Assembly (NCBI GenBank): GCA_963705305.1 | Contig: OY970067.1 | Location: forward strand, 4,288,001-4,352,000 | Direction: 5' to 3' | Length of the DNA: 64,000 bases | From: an uncultured Methylomirabilota bacterium | GTDB taxonomy: Bacteria; Methylomirabilota; Methylomirabilia; Methylomirabilales; 2-02-FULL-66-22 | Part shown: piece by piece, positions 32,588-42,030 of the stretch | Position numbering within the stretch: the stretch's first letter is position 1 | Layout of the letters: every line of letters starts with the position of its first letter | Made by a program: the position numbers and the translations under genes | The notes under the pieces: model-generated | What the model was told of the DNA's origin: nothing | Database searches by the model: none | The model's input: only the letters and a program-made list of their open reading frames with translations

Positions 32588-33207
32588 AATGCTGGCGAGG
32601 AGTGTACGATTGGACGCCTGGGCGAACCTACCGTCCGCTGGCAGATTGGAAGCCGACAGGGACGCGTTGGAGTATGCACGGATGGGATGGGGAGGGGCGG
32701 CGTCAGATTTGGGACTGGCGGAGAGAGGAAGACAAGCAGCAAATAAGGTAATTACGGTTACAACGTCCCCCCGACGCTAGTTGGGGTCAGAGCTGTGCGG
32801 ATAAATATGCTGTACATTGTTGACCGAACCCTGATGGAGCATTTCTTTGCGACCTTTGCGTCTTGGCGTGAGAATATTCCGGGTCTCTCTCCATTTCGCA
32901 TTTCGAACTTCAAATTTCGAATTTTCCTTTGCGCCTCTGCCCCCCCCACTCGCCCCTGCGCCTCTTCGCCTCAGCGCCTCTACGGCCCCCTTCCCTTTAC
33001 CCTTTGCCCTTTGCCCTACGCCACAGGATACGGTCAATAATGTCGCAACGTCCCCTAGACCGAGTGGCGGAGAGTACCTCCCGGAGAGCGATCCATGTCC
33101 GGGCGATCGGCCGCTTCCCGCGGCGTTCGGAGAGGGTCCCGGGATGCAGTTTCCCCTTGCTGGCACGTCGGGATGGCGCTACACTATGGGCACCCTGGAG
33201 GTGCTAC

Positions 33208-33531
33208 ATGAGTGTAACCACGCACAGAACCCGGACCAAGGCAACGTCGCAGCGGGAGGCGGCGCCCATGGCCTCCCGGATTGTCCGCCGGAGCTTTGCG
33301 CTTCCCCGGCACATCGTCATGGAGGCCACGGCAGTGGCCCCGGCTGAGCTGCAGACCAACCTCAACCGGCTCGTCACGACCGCGCTAGAAGAGTACACGG
33401 CCACCCGCAAACAGCAGGCCTTTGCAGCCGCCATGGCCGCCATGGCGGCGGACCCTGCGGTCACCCGCGTCTCCAGCGACCTCCTGGCGGTCTTTCGCAC
33501 GACCGAGGTGGACGGCCTCCCCGATGATTAG
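33208..33531 (+). CDS. Antitoxin of the second MazF module
   Basis: RRSFALP...NLNRLVTTALEEY...AMAADP...DGL; overlaps the toxin start. Confidence 0.75.
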   Translation: MSVTTHRTRTKATSQREAAPMASRIVRRSFALPRHIVMEATAVAPAELQTNLNRLVTTALEEYTATRKQQAFAAAMAAMAADPAVTRVSSDLLAVFRTTEVDGLPDD

Positions 33532-33886
33532 CCGCGGCCAGATCTACCGCGTCAACCTCAATCCCGTCCATGGCCGCGAGCAGAAGGGGATGCGCCCCGT
33601 CCTGGTCGTCTCCGCCGATGCCATCAACCGTCAGCCGCTCGTCGTGACCGTCGTGGCAGGCACGGACGCGACCACCGTGCCCCGCGACTACCCGACGAAC
33701 GTCCGGGTGCCGGCCCGCGAGAGCGGCTTGCCGAAGGACACGGTCTTCCTGTGCTTCCAGCTCCGAACCCTCGATCCGACGCGCTTCCAGGATCCTCGCA
33801 CCGGCCAGGTGACGCCGGTGGGCCAGCTCCCGGCGGCGCGCATGGCCGAGGTCGATACAGCGCTCCGCGCCGTGCTGAGCTTCTAG
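33524..33886 (+). CDS. MazF/PemK toxin
   Basis: RGQIYRVNLNPVHGREQKGMRPVLVVS...GLPKDTV.LCFQLRTLD. Confidence 0.92.
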   Translation: MISRGQIYRVNLNPVHGREQKGMRPVLVVSADAINRQPLVVTVVAGTDATTVPRDYPTNVRVPARESGLPKDTVFLCFQLRTLDPTRFQDPRTGQVTPVGQLPAARMAEVDTALRAVLSF

Positions 33887-34290
33887 GAGCCTGGAGAGCG
33901 CCAACAAGTCTGTGGTCGCCGAATCATGCCGGCGGGACCGTTCCGCGAATAGCCCCTCCTCTTGCGTTTCAGCGCCTGATCCTACGTCCGTGCGCGATGG
34001 CACGGAGCTGGCCGACCTGACCGGCCAGGCATTGTGCCCCAAGACGGCTTGTGAAACGAGGCCCTATCGGCAATCCCACGTCTCCCCCGTGCCGGCGGAT
34101 CGCCCTCGACCGCGAGAACCGCCTCGACGCTCATCTAGCCGCTTTCTCCCGAGCGTCGCGGGAGCGGAGAAGGGCATGCGGACGGCGGTCGTCAGGAGCG
34201 GCAGGCGGGAAGGGGGGGGATCGGACTCAGGGACTTGAGGGAGGCCCGGAAGGGTGGCGGCAACAAGGTAATTAAGGTTACAACGTCCCC

Positions 34291-34902
34291 TCGGCCTTGT
34301 TCCCCTCCATCAGGGGCACGTGTTTGTGGGCCGCCGCGTGGAAGAGGACCTCGGGCAGGTGCTCCTCCAGGACAGCCGTCATCCGCGCCTCGTCGGTGAC
34401 ATCGGCGATCACGGGGTGGAGGACGAGCTTCGGGACCTTGTCCCGCAGCTCCAGCTCCACGAAGAAGAGGCCGTTCTCGGACCGGTCCAAAAGGACCAGC
34501 TCGGCCGGCTCGAACCGGGCGATCTGGCGGCACAGCTCCGACCCGATGGAGCCGCCCGCCCCCGTCACCAGGACCCGCTTCCCGGACACGAACTGCTCCA
34601 CCTCGGCCTGGTCGATGCGGACCGGCTCGCGCCGCAGGAGGTCCGCGATGTTCAGCCGGCGGGGCCTCACCGCCAGGGCCGGGCTGTCCGTCAGCTCGCG
34701 CAGGTTGGGGATCGTCTTGAACTCCACCTGGGCGGACCGGCAGGCCCCGATGATCCGGCGCATCTGCTCGCCGGTGGCCGAGGGGATGGCGATCAAGAGC
34801 TCGTGGATCGCATGCGTGTGGCACAACCCGGGCAGCTCGTCGATCGTCCCCAGCACCTTCTTGCCGTGGATGCGCCGGCCCTGCCTGGCCGGATCGTCGT
34901 CC
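34291..34902 (-). pseudogene. 612-bp internal fragment of a CapD/PglF-like dehydratase gene
   Basis: Collinear with 54270-54881 but with many substitutions; begins immediately after site A at 34261-34290. Confidence 0.9.
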
Positions 34903-35008
34903 GCGGGCCCCACCGTACCGTCCGTCCCTCTCCTCGGAAGGTCTTGACATGTGTTGTCAGATCTGCCAACATCGCAATTACCGGCGGCCCAAGGGAAGGC
35001 AAGATACG

Positions 35009-35355
35009 ATGACTCGGAAGACACGACCAATTTCGTGGGTCAGCGCGGCGCTCAGGGAATTCCAGGCGTTCCCGGAGGGGGCCAAGGCGATTTGTCTTGC
35101 CGCTCTCACGGTGGCCGCTGAAAACGAGAAAGCTGACATTGCGAGCCGATGCACGGCATGGGCGCGGGTGTATTTGAGATCGCTCTGCGGTTTCGGAGCA
35201 ATGCGTTTCGAGTCGTCTATCCCGTGCAGCTTGGAGACGACATCTGGGTGCTCCATGCGTTCGAGAAGAAATCGAAGCGGGGCGCCAAAACTCCGGGGGG
35301 CGAAATCGATTTGATTAAGAACCGCCTGAAGAGATTGAGGGAGATGTTGCCATGA
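35009..35355 (+). pseudogene. RelE/Gp49-like toxin, frameshifted
   Basis: MTRKTRPISW..AALREFQAFP...KADIA / (K)PMHGMGAGVFEIAL....FRVVY....IWVLHAFEKKS; one base missing near 35143. Confidence 0.85.
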
Positions 35356-35672
35356 AAACAAAGGGGGAAGTTATGCGCGGCAGCGGGAATGTTTTCCGCG
35401 ACTTGGGCCGTGAGACCGCGGATATTGAGCAGTTCAAGGCAATCCTGGCCGCGGAAATCATTAAGACCCTCAACCGGGAGCGCTTGACCGTGCGGGCCGC
35501 GCAGGCGCGCACGGGCATTGCTGCGGCCGATTTCTCGCGCATTCGGAACACGGACCTCGGCCGGTTCACCGCCGACCGCCTCATGGCGACCCTCAACCGA
35601 CTCGGGGCGCGGGTGGAGGTCAAGGTCAGGGTGCGGCGCGCCGAACCTGTCGCGCACCGCGCCACAGCCTAG
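35352..35672 (+). CDS. XRE-family HTH antitoxin
   Basis: GSGNVFRDLG...KAILAAEI...TGIAAADFSRIR..DLGRFT.DRL. Confidence 0.88.
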   Translation: MKTKGEVMRGSGNVFRDLGRETADIEQFKAILAAEIIKTLNRERLTVRAAQARTGIAAADFSRIRNTDLGRFTADRLMATLNRLGARVEVKVRVRRAEPVAHRATA

Positions 35673-35896
35673 CTGTCACGTTGGCTCGTTCACTGCGCAG
35701 CGCAAAGGCTGAAGACGGCGGTGGGCTGGCAGGGGCAGCGGAGTCAGGGGTGAGCAGAGGCTGGAAGGAGGGGAGTTGGAAAATAAAGTCAATAATGTCG
35801 CAACGTCCCCTAAACGTTCTGCCGTTCGACGTTCCACGTGCTCCGCTCGATGTTCCTAACCGCCGCACGTCGAACCGCAGCACGTCGAACCGTCTC

Positions 35897-36280
35897 CTAC
35901 CGCAGCACCCCGGAGGCCCAGCCGAGGATCCCGAGGCCCGCACCGGCAGTATCCAGCAGCACGTCCCACGGGGTGCCGTGGCGGCCAGGCACGAAGGTCT
36001 GGTGCCACTCGTCCAGTCCCCCCACCGCCATTGCCGTCGCCAAGGCGCAGGCGATGACCAGCGTTCGCTGCCGGCCGTTGCCATTCGTCGCAGATCGGGA
36101 CAGCAGCCAGCCGAGGACCGCGTACTCCGCCAGGTGGATGCTTTTTCGAAGAAGCAGGCGCAGCACGTCCCCGTCCCGCATGGGGAGCGCGTGGGACGAG
36201 CCAATCAGAAAAATAACGCCAACCCAGATGAGCGTGAGCATCCAGAGTCGGCGGCGATCGGTTACCGTCGCAATCTGCAT
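35897..36280 (-). CDS. VanZ-like membrane protein
   Basis: LRKSIHLAEYAVLG..L and DEWHQTFVPGRHGTPWDVLLDTAG. Confidence 0.85.
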   Translation of the reverse strand: MQIATVTDRRRLWMLTLIWVGVIFLIGSSHALPMRDGDVLRLLLRKSIHLAEYAVLGWLLSRSATNGNGRQRTLVIACALATAMAVGGLDEWHQTFVPGRHGTPWDVLLDTAGAGLGILGWASGVLR

Positions 36281-36416
36281 TTGGCAATCTGACCTTCGCC
36301 TGGAGATGCAGTCAAAAAGCGTATACTGGGGCCTGCTCCAGGCGAGATAATCTCCGTCCCGCTATCCTGCACGGCCTGAAGGAGTTCCTCAACAGAGACC
36401 TCCCCCTCGCTCAGCC

Positions 36417-36764
36417 TTAGATGTAGAGAAGTTGGTCCGCCACCTCGGAGGCTGCCAACCGCGTGAGGAGGCGGCCCACTCTCGCCACTATCTCCGTCGG
36501 TAGACGCCGGCGGGCAATGATGATGCCTGTATGGTGCCTGCCCACCCCCAGCCACTCGCTGTGAAGGCGTTCGAAGTCGGCACGGTTGTGCGTCAGCAGG
36601 GCCCGCCGCATCCTCGTGGCATGCGCCAGCTGCTCGTTGTCGGAGAGACCCAGTTGTCCAAGGTCGCGGGTGGTCACCGCATCAAAACCGCGGCCCCGCA
36701 GGATAGCGGCGACGACGACCGAGACATCTTCGTCGAGGTAGAGGGCGGCAGGGGGATCAGGCAT
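36417..36764 (-). CDS. DUF5615 PIN-like toxin
   Basis: LYLDEDV....A..LR.RGFD...SDNEQL..A....RALLTHNRADF...HTGII. Confidence 0.88.
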   Translation of the reverse strand: MPDPPAALYLDEDVSVVVAAILRGRGFDAVTTRDLGQLGLSDNEQLAHATRMRRALLTHNRADFERLHSEWLGVGRHHTGIIIARRRLPTEIVARVGRLLTRLAASEVADQLLYI

Positions 36765-37041
36765 CGGGGCGGGATGCCGGGTGGGCTAGCTCGTCCGGAA
36801 CCTCATTGCGCTCGGTGTGCAGATCGATTTCCCCCTGGTGATCCGCATAGTAACTGAGCGCATCAAAGACCTGCGCTAGGGTCAGGTAGGGAAAGTGCAC
36901 GGGAATCTCTTCGGGCGTCACGCCCCCCCGCCAGAGACCCACCACGGCTCGCACGGGAACGCGGGTGCCCTGGATGACCGGCTCGCCCCCGAGGATACTG
37001 TCGTCCCGGATGATGTACCGATGTTCCGTGGCAACGACCAT
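36757..37041 (-). CDS. DUF433 antitoxin
   Basis: ILGGEPVIQGTRVPV...TPEEI...FPYLTLAQVFDALSYY. Confidence 0.9.
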   Translation of the reverse strand: MVVATEHRYIIRDDSILGGEPVIQGTRVPVRAVVGLWRGGVTPEEIPVHFPYLTLAQVFDALSYYADHQGEIDLHTERNEVPDELAHPASRPDA

Positions 37042-37512
37042 ACGCCTTCCCTCCGGCTGCTCCGCATTATAGGCCATCCTGGCCCATTGGCAAGTCTCTT
37101 CCTACCGCGGCCCCTCTCGCTCGCTGAAGCCTGGCGGCTCTCTGCGTCCGTCGCCGCCTTGACCGGGTGGCGCCCGGGTTGCGCACGTAGGCGAGATCCA
37201 CCGCAGGCGTAGGGCTTGCCGCGCAGCTTTCCGACCCGATCGTGCGGCGACAGCGGACGAGCGGAGAAAGGCATGCGGACGGCGGTCGTCAGGAGCGGCG
37301 GCAGGCAGGGCGGTGACAATAAGGTAATTAAGGTTACAACGTCCCGTCGATGCTTTGGTGGGGAGAGGAGACGGGGAAGTCGGAAGGAGAGAGGGTCGAT
37401 CGGCTTTCGGCGTGTGCGGTGGGGGTGCGTACGGTGGGACGGCAAGGCGCGATCGGAATCAGAGGCGGCTTTGCCCTTTGCCCTGTGCGCTATGCGCTTC
37501 GCCCTTTGCGTT

Positions 37513-37830
37513 TCAAGGCGAGCCAATGAGAAAAATAACGCCGACCCAGGCGAGCGTGCGCGTCCAGAGCCGGCGAGGGTCAGTCAGATTGGAGATCCGC
37601 ATTCGGAGGACCGACGAAAGATATATCCACTACCCTCCAGCTAGAGCCGCTTGGTGCGCCCCAACCTCAAAAATGAGTTGCCACCACGAGCCCGATAGAC
37701 GCACCGGTCAGCGCGACCGCGAAGACTCTGAGCAGTGTATGCCCATGCCGGCCTGGAAACGCTCCTTCGCCCCCGCTTTTCCGATTCTTCCCTACTCGCC
37801 GGCGCCTTCGTCCTCCACACCCTGGTTGAT
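37513..37830 (-). pseudogene. Diverged remnants of the vanZ 5' end and the upstream small ORF
   Basis: 37513-37605 resembles ~52580-52665; 37670-37775 resembles 52728-52830. Confidence 0.65.
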
Positions 37831-37833
37831 TAC

Positions 37834-38187
37834 CTACGAGGGTGGCGTCGAGATCCGTATCCGTCCGCCGCGGACCGTGATGATCATTCCACCCGTGAGG
37901 GCGTCTTCATGTCGTTCCAGAACCTGCGCCATCAGCTCAATGCGTTGCTTCGCCGGAACATCGGGCAAGCGGACGATGCCGCGGTGTGGCGCTGCCTCGA
38001 GAAAGACCAGTTCGCCGAAGTCTGTGTCGATCGTGACGAGAATGCGCTCTTCGCTCGCGGCCCACTGGAGCAGCACCCGATCCCCAGGATCGTGTCCGCG
38101 CACCCGGGACTCGAGGACGTCATGCCCCTGCCCACGGAGCCAGTCGGCGAGTCGCCGGCCGGCACACCGGTCCACCAGGAATCTCAC
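37834..38187 (-). CDS. DUF5615 PIN-like toxin
   Basis: RFLVDRC.G..LA.WLR.QGHDV...D..LLQWA..E.RILVTIDTDFGEL. Confidence 0.88.
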   Translation of the reverse strand: MRFLVDRCAGRRLADWLRGQGHDVLESRVRGHDPGDRVLLQWAASEERILVTIDTDFGELVFLEAAPHRGIVRLPDVPAKQRIELMAQVLERHEDALTGGMIITVRGGRIRISTPPS

Positions 38188-38432
38188 TGCCCGGCCACCC
38201 GGACCGCATCGAGGGTATCGTTGGCGATCACGGCGCGCGCGTACGAGAGGCACGCGCGGATGTCGTCGGGTTCCAGATCGGGATACTCAGCGAGAATATC
38301 CTGCACCGACTCACCCTGAGCGAGCAGGCTCAGAATGAGTTCCACAGAAATTCGCATCCCGCGGATAATCGGTTTCCCGCCGAAGATTTCCGGGTTCGCA
38401 ACGATTCGCCTGAGAAGCTCTGGATCTGTCAT
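38184..38432 (-). CDS. DUF433 antitoxin
   Basis: RIVANPEIFGGKPIIRGMRISVELIL..L..G....IL.EYPDLEPDDIRACL. Confidence 0.92.
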   Translation of the reverse strand: MTDPELLRRIVANPEIFGGKPIIRGMRISVELILSLLAQGESVQDILAEYPDLEPDDIRACLSYARAVIANDTLDAVRVAGQ

Positions 38433-38974
38433 GGTCTCACCACCCCTCCACGGAGCATTCCGGCAGAGTGTCACAGCGCCCATAGTATACCATCAATCCG
38501 CCGGTTTTCCTGGTTTTTGCCCTGAGCGCGGAAACCCTAACCCGCAACGGTCCGACCCTCGACGCTTCGGATGGAACGCGGTAAGAGGAGAGGGGTCGGA
38601 ATATCTGGGTGGCGGGACGGCAGGGCGCGATCGAGGTCAGGGGTGAACGGAGGCTGGAAGGAGGGGAGCTGGAAAATAAAGTCAATAATGTCGCAACGTC
38701 CCCTCGACGCATTGGTGGGGAGAGGAGACGGGGAAGTCGGAAGGAGAGGGGGTCGATCGGCTTTCGGCGTGTGCGGTGGCGGTGCGTACGATGGCACGGC
38801 AGGGCGCGATCGGAATCAGAAGCGGCTTTGCCCTTTGCCCTGTGCGCTATGCCTTTTGCGCTACGCTCTTCGCTTTTCGCACTGTGTCCCTTGCCGCAGA
38901 GCCCCCCTCGTGGTAGGCTCACGCCAGCATCCCGGGCAAACGATCAGCCGTGCAACTGCCTGGAGGAGTTGGCC

Positions 38975-39226
38975 ATGAAACCAAAGAGGCCCGCACCTGT
39001 CGAGATCGCGCCTCGCATCGCGGTGAATTCGCGGGTACGATTCGGGCAGCCCGTGATCAAGGGAACGCGGGTCCCCGTGGCCGTGGTCTTGGATGAAATG
39101 GCGGCGGGGACCGCCATCGAAGATATCACACGGGAATACGGCATCACGCGTGATGATGTGCGTGCGGTGTTTCGCTACGCCGCCAAGGTACTGGGTACCG
39201 AGGAAGTCAGGGCAGCGAGCCGGTGA
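38975..39226 (+). CDS. DUF433 antitoxin
   Basis: RIAVN..VRFGQPVIKGTRVPV..V...AAG..IEDI..EYGITRDDVRA..RYA. Confidence 0.9.
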   Translation: MKPKRPAPVEIAPRIAVNSRVRFGQPVIKGTRVPVAVVLDEMAAGTAIEDITREYGITRDDVRAVFRYAAKVLGTEEVRAASR

Positions 39227-39591
39227 TCCGCTTTCTGATTGACGCGGACCTCCCCCGGTCCGTTTCCGCCGCCCTGCGGGAGCGTGGTTTCCTGGCTGAT
39301 GATGTGCGGGATCTGGACCTCGGCACAGCGACCGACAACGTCATACTTCACTATGCACGGACCCACGCCTACACTCTGGTATCGGCTGATAAAGGGTTTA
39401 CAAACCTCGTGCGATACCCTCTGGGCTCCCATTGCGGGATCGTTGTCGCACGATTTTCCCCGCATACTTCCGCGCGGATGAAAACCCGCCTCCTGGTCCG
39501 GTGGCTTCCCACTCTGCAGGATGAGGACGTGGCGGGAAGCCTCTTGATCGTCCAGCCAAAAGGCATCCGGATCCGGCGTGCAAAACAATAA
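39223..39591 (+). CDS. DUF5615 PIN-like toxin
   Basis: RFLIDADLP......LR..G..A.DVR...L..ATD..I..YA.....LVSADKGF...HCGIVV. Confidence 0.88.
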   Translation: MIRFLIDADLPRSVSAALRERGFLADDVRDLDLGTATDNVILHYARTHAYTLVSADKGFTNLVRYPLGSHCGIVVARFSPHTSARMKTRLLVRWLPTLQDEDVAGSLLIVQPKGIRIRRAKQ

Positions 39592-39958
39592 CGCCGGCCG
39601 GGCGATAGTAAGCAGCCCGAGCCGGCGCAGATCAGTCAGCCGTCAGAGCGGTATTCCCGCAGCAATAGAGCAATGAAAATACCCGAGAAACTCTTTTGCG
39701 GCTGAGGCATCCCGGCCCAGTCGCAAGGTTCTTCCTGCGGCCGCTCCTCTTCCTCAGCACCCCTGCTCCCTTGCGCCCTTGCGCCTCCGCCCCATGCCAT
39801 ATGCTCTGTGCCCTCTGCCCTTTGCTATCCGGACCGCAGGCTGACCCCTGACCGCTGGCTACTAGTCTTTGCGCCATGCTCTTTGCTCTTCGCCCTGTGC
39901 GCTTCACAATATGGACCATGGCTGCTTGACGTCATGGCGGTTCCGAACGTTTCGCAAT

Positions 39959-40399
39959 TCAACGCGAGGAGGTCCGACGAACAGGTCCCGGCGCGAGTGT
40001 AAATCCGGCCGCCGCAAAGTGTGAATCAAATGCAAAGGCCTGCGTGATGTGTTCCTGGCGCATCAGCGCAAAGCTCGTCCCATCCACAAAGCTGAAAGCG
40101 TGGTCCGCATACTTCTGAAGCAGGTCATAGGCTTGCCGCTCCAGCGGCTCCGTGATGACCATCCGCTCAAGTCGGCGGCCCTGTCCCAGGGCGTCTATGA
40201 ACCGCCAGGCAGGGTCATAACCCGCAGCATACCGAAGGAGCGTGTAGGTCTCGCCGATCACCAGGTTCGACGTGACCAGTGTGCAATCCTCCCTGGTCAG
40301 TGCCATCAGCGTGCGTGCCGCTCGCTGGTGGTGCGCGTCATCGGTCGCCTGGATCGCGAACCACGCCCCCGTGTCGACAAAGATCCGACGGATCGTCAC
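39959..40399 (-). CDS. vapC: VapC PIN toxin
   Basis: IFVDTGAW, VIGETYTLL, FSFVDGTSF.LM and AFAFDSHF..AGF. Confidence 0.92.
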   Translation of the reverse strand: MTIRRIFVDTGAWFAIQATDDAHHQRAARTLMALTREDCTLVTSNLVIGETYTLLRYAAGYDPAWRFIDALGQGRRLERMVITEPLERQAYDLLQKYADHAFSFVDGTSFALMRQEHITQAFAFDSHFAAAGFTLAPGPVRRTSSR

Positions 40400-40644
40400 T
40401 GCCTCCTCCCCCGCCGAACGCCCAGGAGGCAGGCGTCATGAAGCCGGGACACATCTCTCCGGCCGACCCGGCCTGCCTGACCCGCCAAGCTGGCAATCGG
40501 ATTGTCGGACTGTTCCGCGGCCGTACGGAGGACGATATCGACACCACGGCGAACCAGGCTCGTCTTGGAGACGCGCATACGGCGCGCAGCCTCCTCCAGT
40601 TTTCGGTCCTGCTCTTCGGTTAAAAGAACCTGCACACGGGTCAT
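40396..40644 (-). CDS. CopG/RHH antitoxin (VapB-like)
   Basis: MTRVQVLLTEEQ..KL...A......KTSLVRRGVD; upstream inverted repeat TGTGTAA..TTACACA at 40735-40761. Confidence 0.85.
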   Translation of the reverse strand: MTRVQVLLTEEQDRKLEEAARRMRVSKTSLVRRGVDIVLRTAAEQSDNPIASLAGQAGRVGRRDVSRLHDACLLGVRRGRRQ

Positions 40645-41154
40645 TGCCTCCTCCGTCCTATTTGTCCTTGAACCGAATCCAGCCGGGCCCTTCTTGGCGC
40701 ATCGGCGGCAAGAGGCTTCCGGGATAGAGCTAATTGTGTAACTATTGTCTAGTATTACACATCCAATGAACACAGTCAACCCGCAACTCGGCGCGCCATC
40801 TGACCGCAGATGAGGATTCGGAGAAACTGAGGCGGGTCGTGAAGGGGGACGGCTGAAGCGGGATCGGAATCAGGAGGGGCCGCGCTTGGCGCTCTGCTCT
40901 ATGCTCTTCGCCCTTTGCGCTGTGCGTTTCACAATAAGGTAATTAAGGTTACAACGTCCCCTCGACGTGACCGACCTGACCAGCTCCGGCCGCTGGGCGG
41001 TGATCGCCGCCTGCGGAGTCCCCTCCGCAACCGCACCCGCCCCCACCGCGGCCGATTCCGCGAGCACCGCCTGGGCCGGTGAAGATGGCAACGGAACTTT
41101 CAGAACTGAAAAATCCGGATGGATTTTGTCGGTAAGGCCGGCATGATCGATGAC

Positions 41155-41445
41155 TCAAAAGATCTTCAGATGCGCGCGGAACACATCGTAGTTTCGCCGC
41201 ATCTCCCCCAGGCTGTCACCCCCGAACTTCTGGATCAACGCCCGGGCCGTCTCGAAGGCCACCACCGCCTCTCCCACCACCCCGGCGGCGGGGACCGCGG
41301 TGATGTCCGTCCGCTCCACGCCCGCCTTGCTGGCCTCCTTGATGACCACGTCCACCGATGCCAGCGGCTTGAGCTGGGTGGAAATAGGCTTCATGGCGCG
41401 TCAGGCCTGCGTGCGCAGGGGTATGAGATCATACCGCGCCAGCAT
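41155..41445 (-). pseudogene. aroC: Chorismate synthase C-terminal remnant
   Basis: MKPIST..KPL.SVD....A....[18 protein letters not shown]......L.KFGGDSL.E. Confidence 0.85.
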
Positions 41446-41457
41446 GCCTCCCAGAAA

Positions 41458-41489
41458 GCAAAAACGCACCCTGGTGGGTGCGTTTTTGC
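41458..41489. terminator. Rho-independent terminator hairpin
   Basis: GCAAAAACGCACCC-TGGT-GGGTGCGTTTTTGC. Confidence 0.7.
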
Positions 41490-41518
41490 CTCAGTGAAGC
41501 CCTGGTTTTCTCCGGTGG

Positions 41519-41725
41519 TCAGCTCAATTTCGTCTCTTCCAGGATCGTCGGCGTGATGAAGATGAGCAGTTCGATCTTATCCTGGGGACCGATCGTGTGC
41601 TCTTGAAGAGAGCCCCCAGCAGCGGCACCTGGCTCAGCTAGGGGACCCGGGACTCCGGCCAGCTGTCGTCGGTTTGCAGGAGGCCGCGATGACAACCGTG
41701 GAGGCGTTGGATACCAGGAACTCAT
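41519..41725 (-). pseudogene. pilQ: Secretin (PilQ-like) C-terminal remnant
   Basis: Across frameshifts reads LVSNASTVVI(G)GLL.....ESRVP*LSQVPLLGALFK / KIELLIFITPTIL. Confidence 0.75.
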
Positions 41726-42030
41726 GATGGAAGCGATGGCGAGCGCTGGGTGACGTTACACTCAAAGTCGGTGCCTTCTCACCGTGTCACCAGCCGGGGG
41801 AAGCGCGGTGCGCGTCAATGCGCGTTCCCGAAAGTTCAACGTCTTTCCTCCGGTCCGGAGACTCCCCCGGATTCAGCCTCCTCGCCGGGGATCTACAGAT
41901 CCGCCCGCTCCTTTCCCGGCTCCTGTGATAGGATTATCCGCAGGTTGACGTGGCGGACGGCACTCCTACCAGCCCACGTCGTCTCGGGCGCCCAAACGTA
42001 TCTGGTCCATGGTACAGGGACCAACGAACG

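Noticed and set aside
34278..35030. 250-aa functional epimerase (also 50566-51318)
   Set aside because: It is a chimera of antisense promoter DNA and an internal capD fragment lacking the catalytic C-terminal half.
35897..36280. Glycopeptide resistance locus
   Set aside because: VanZ-like genes are common beside polysaccharide loci, and no vanHAX or vanRS is present.
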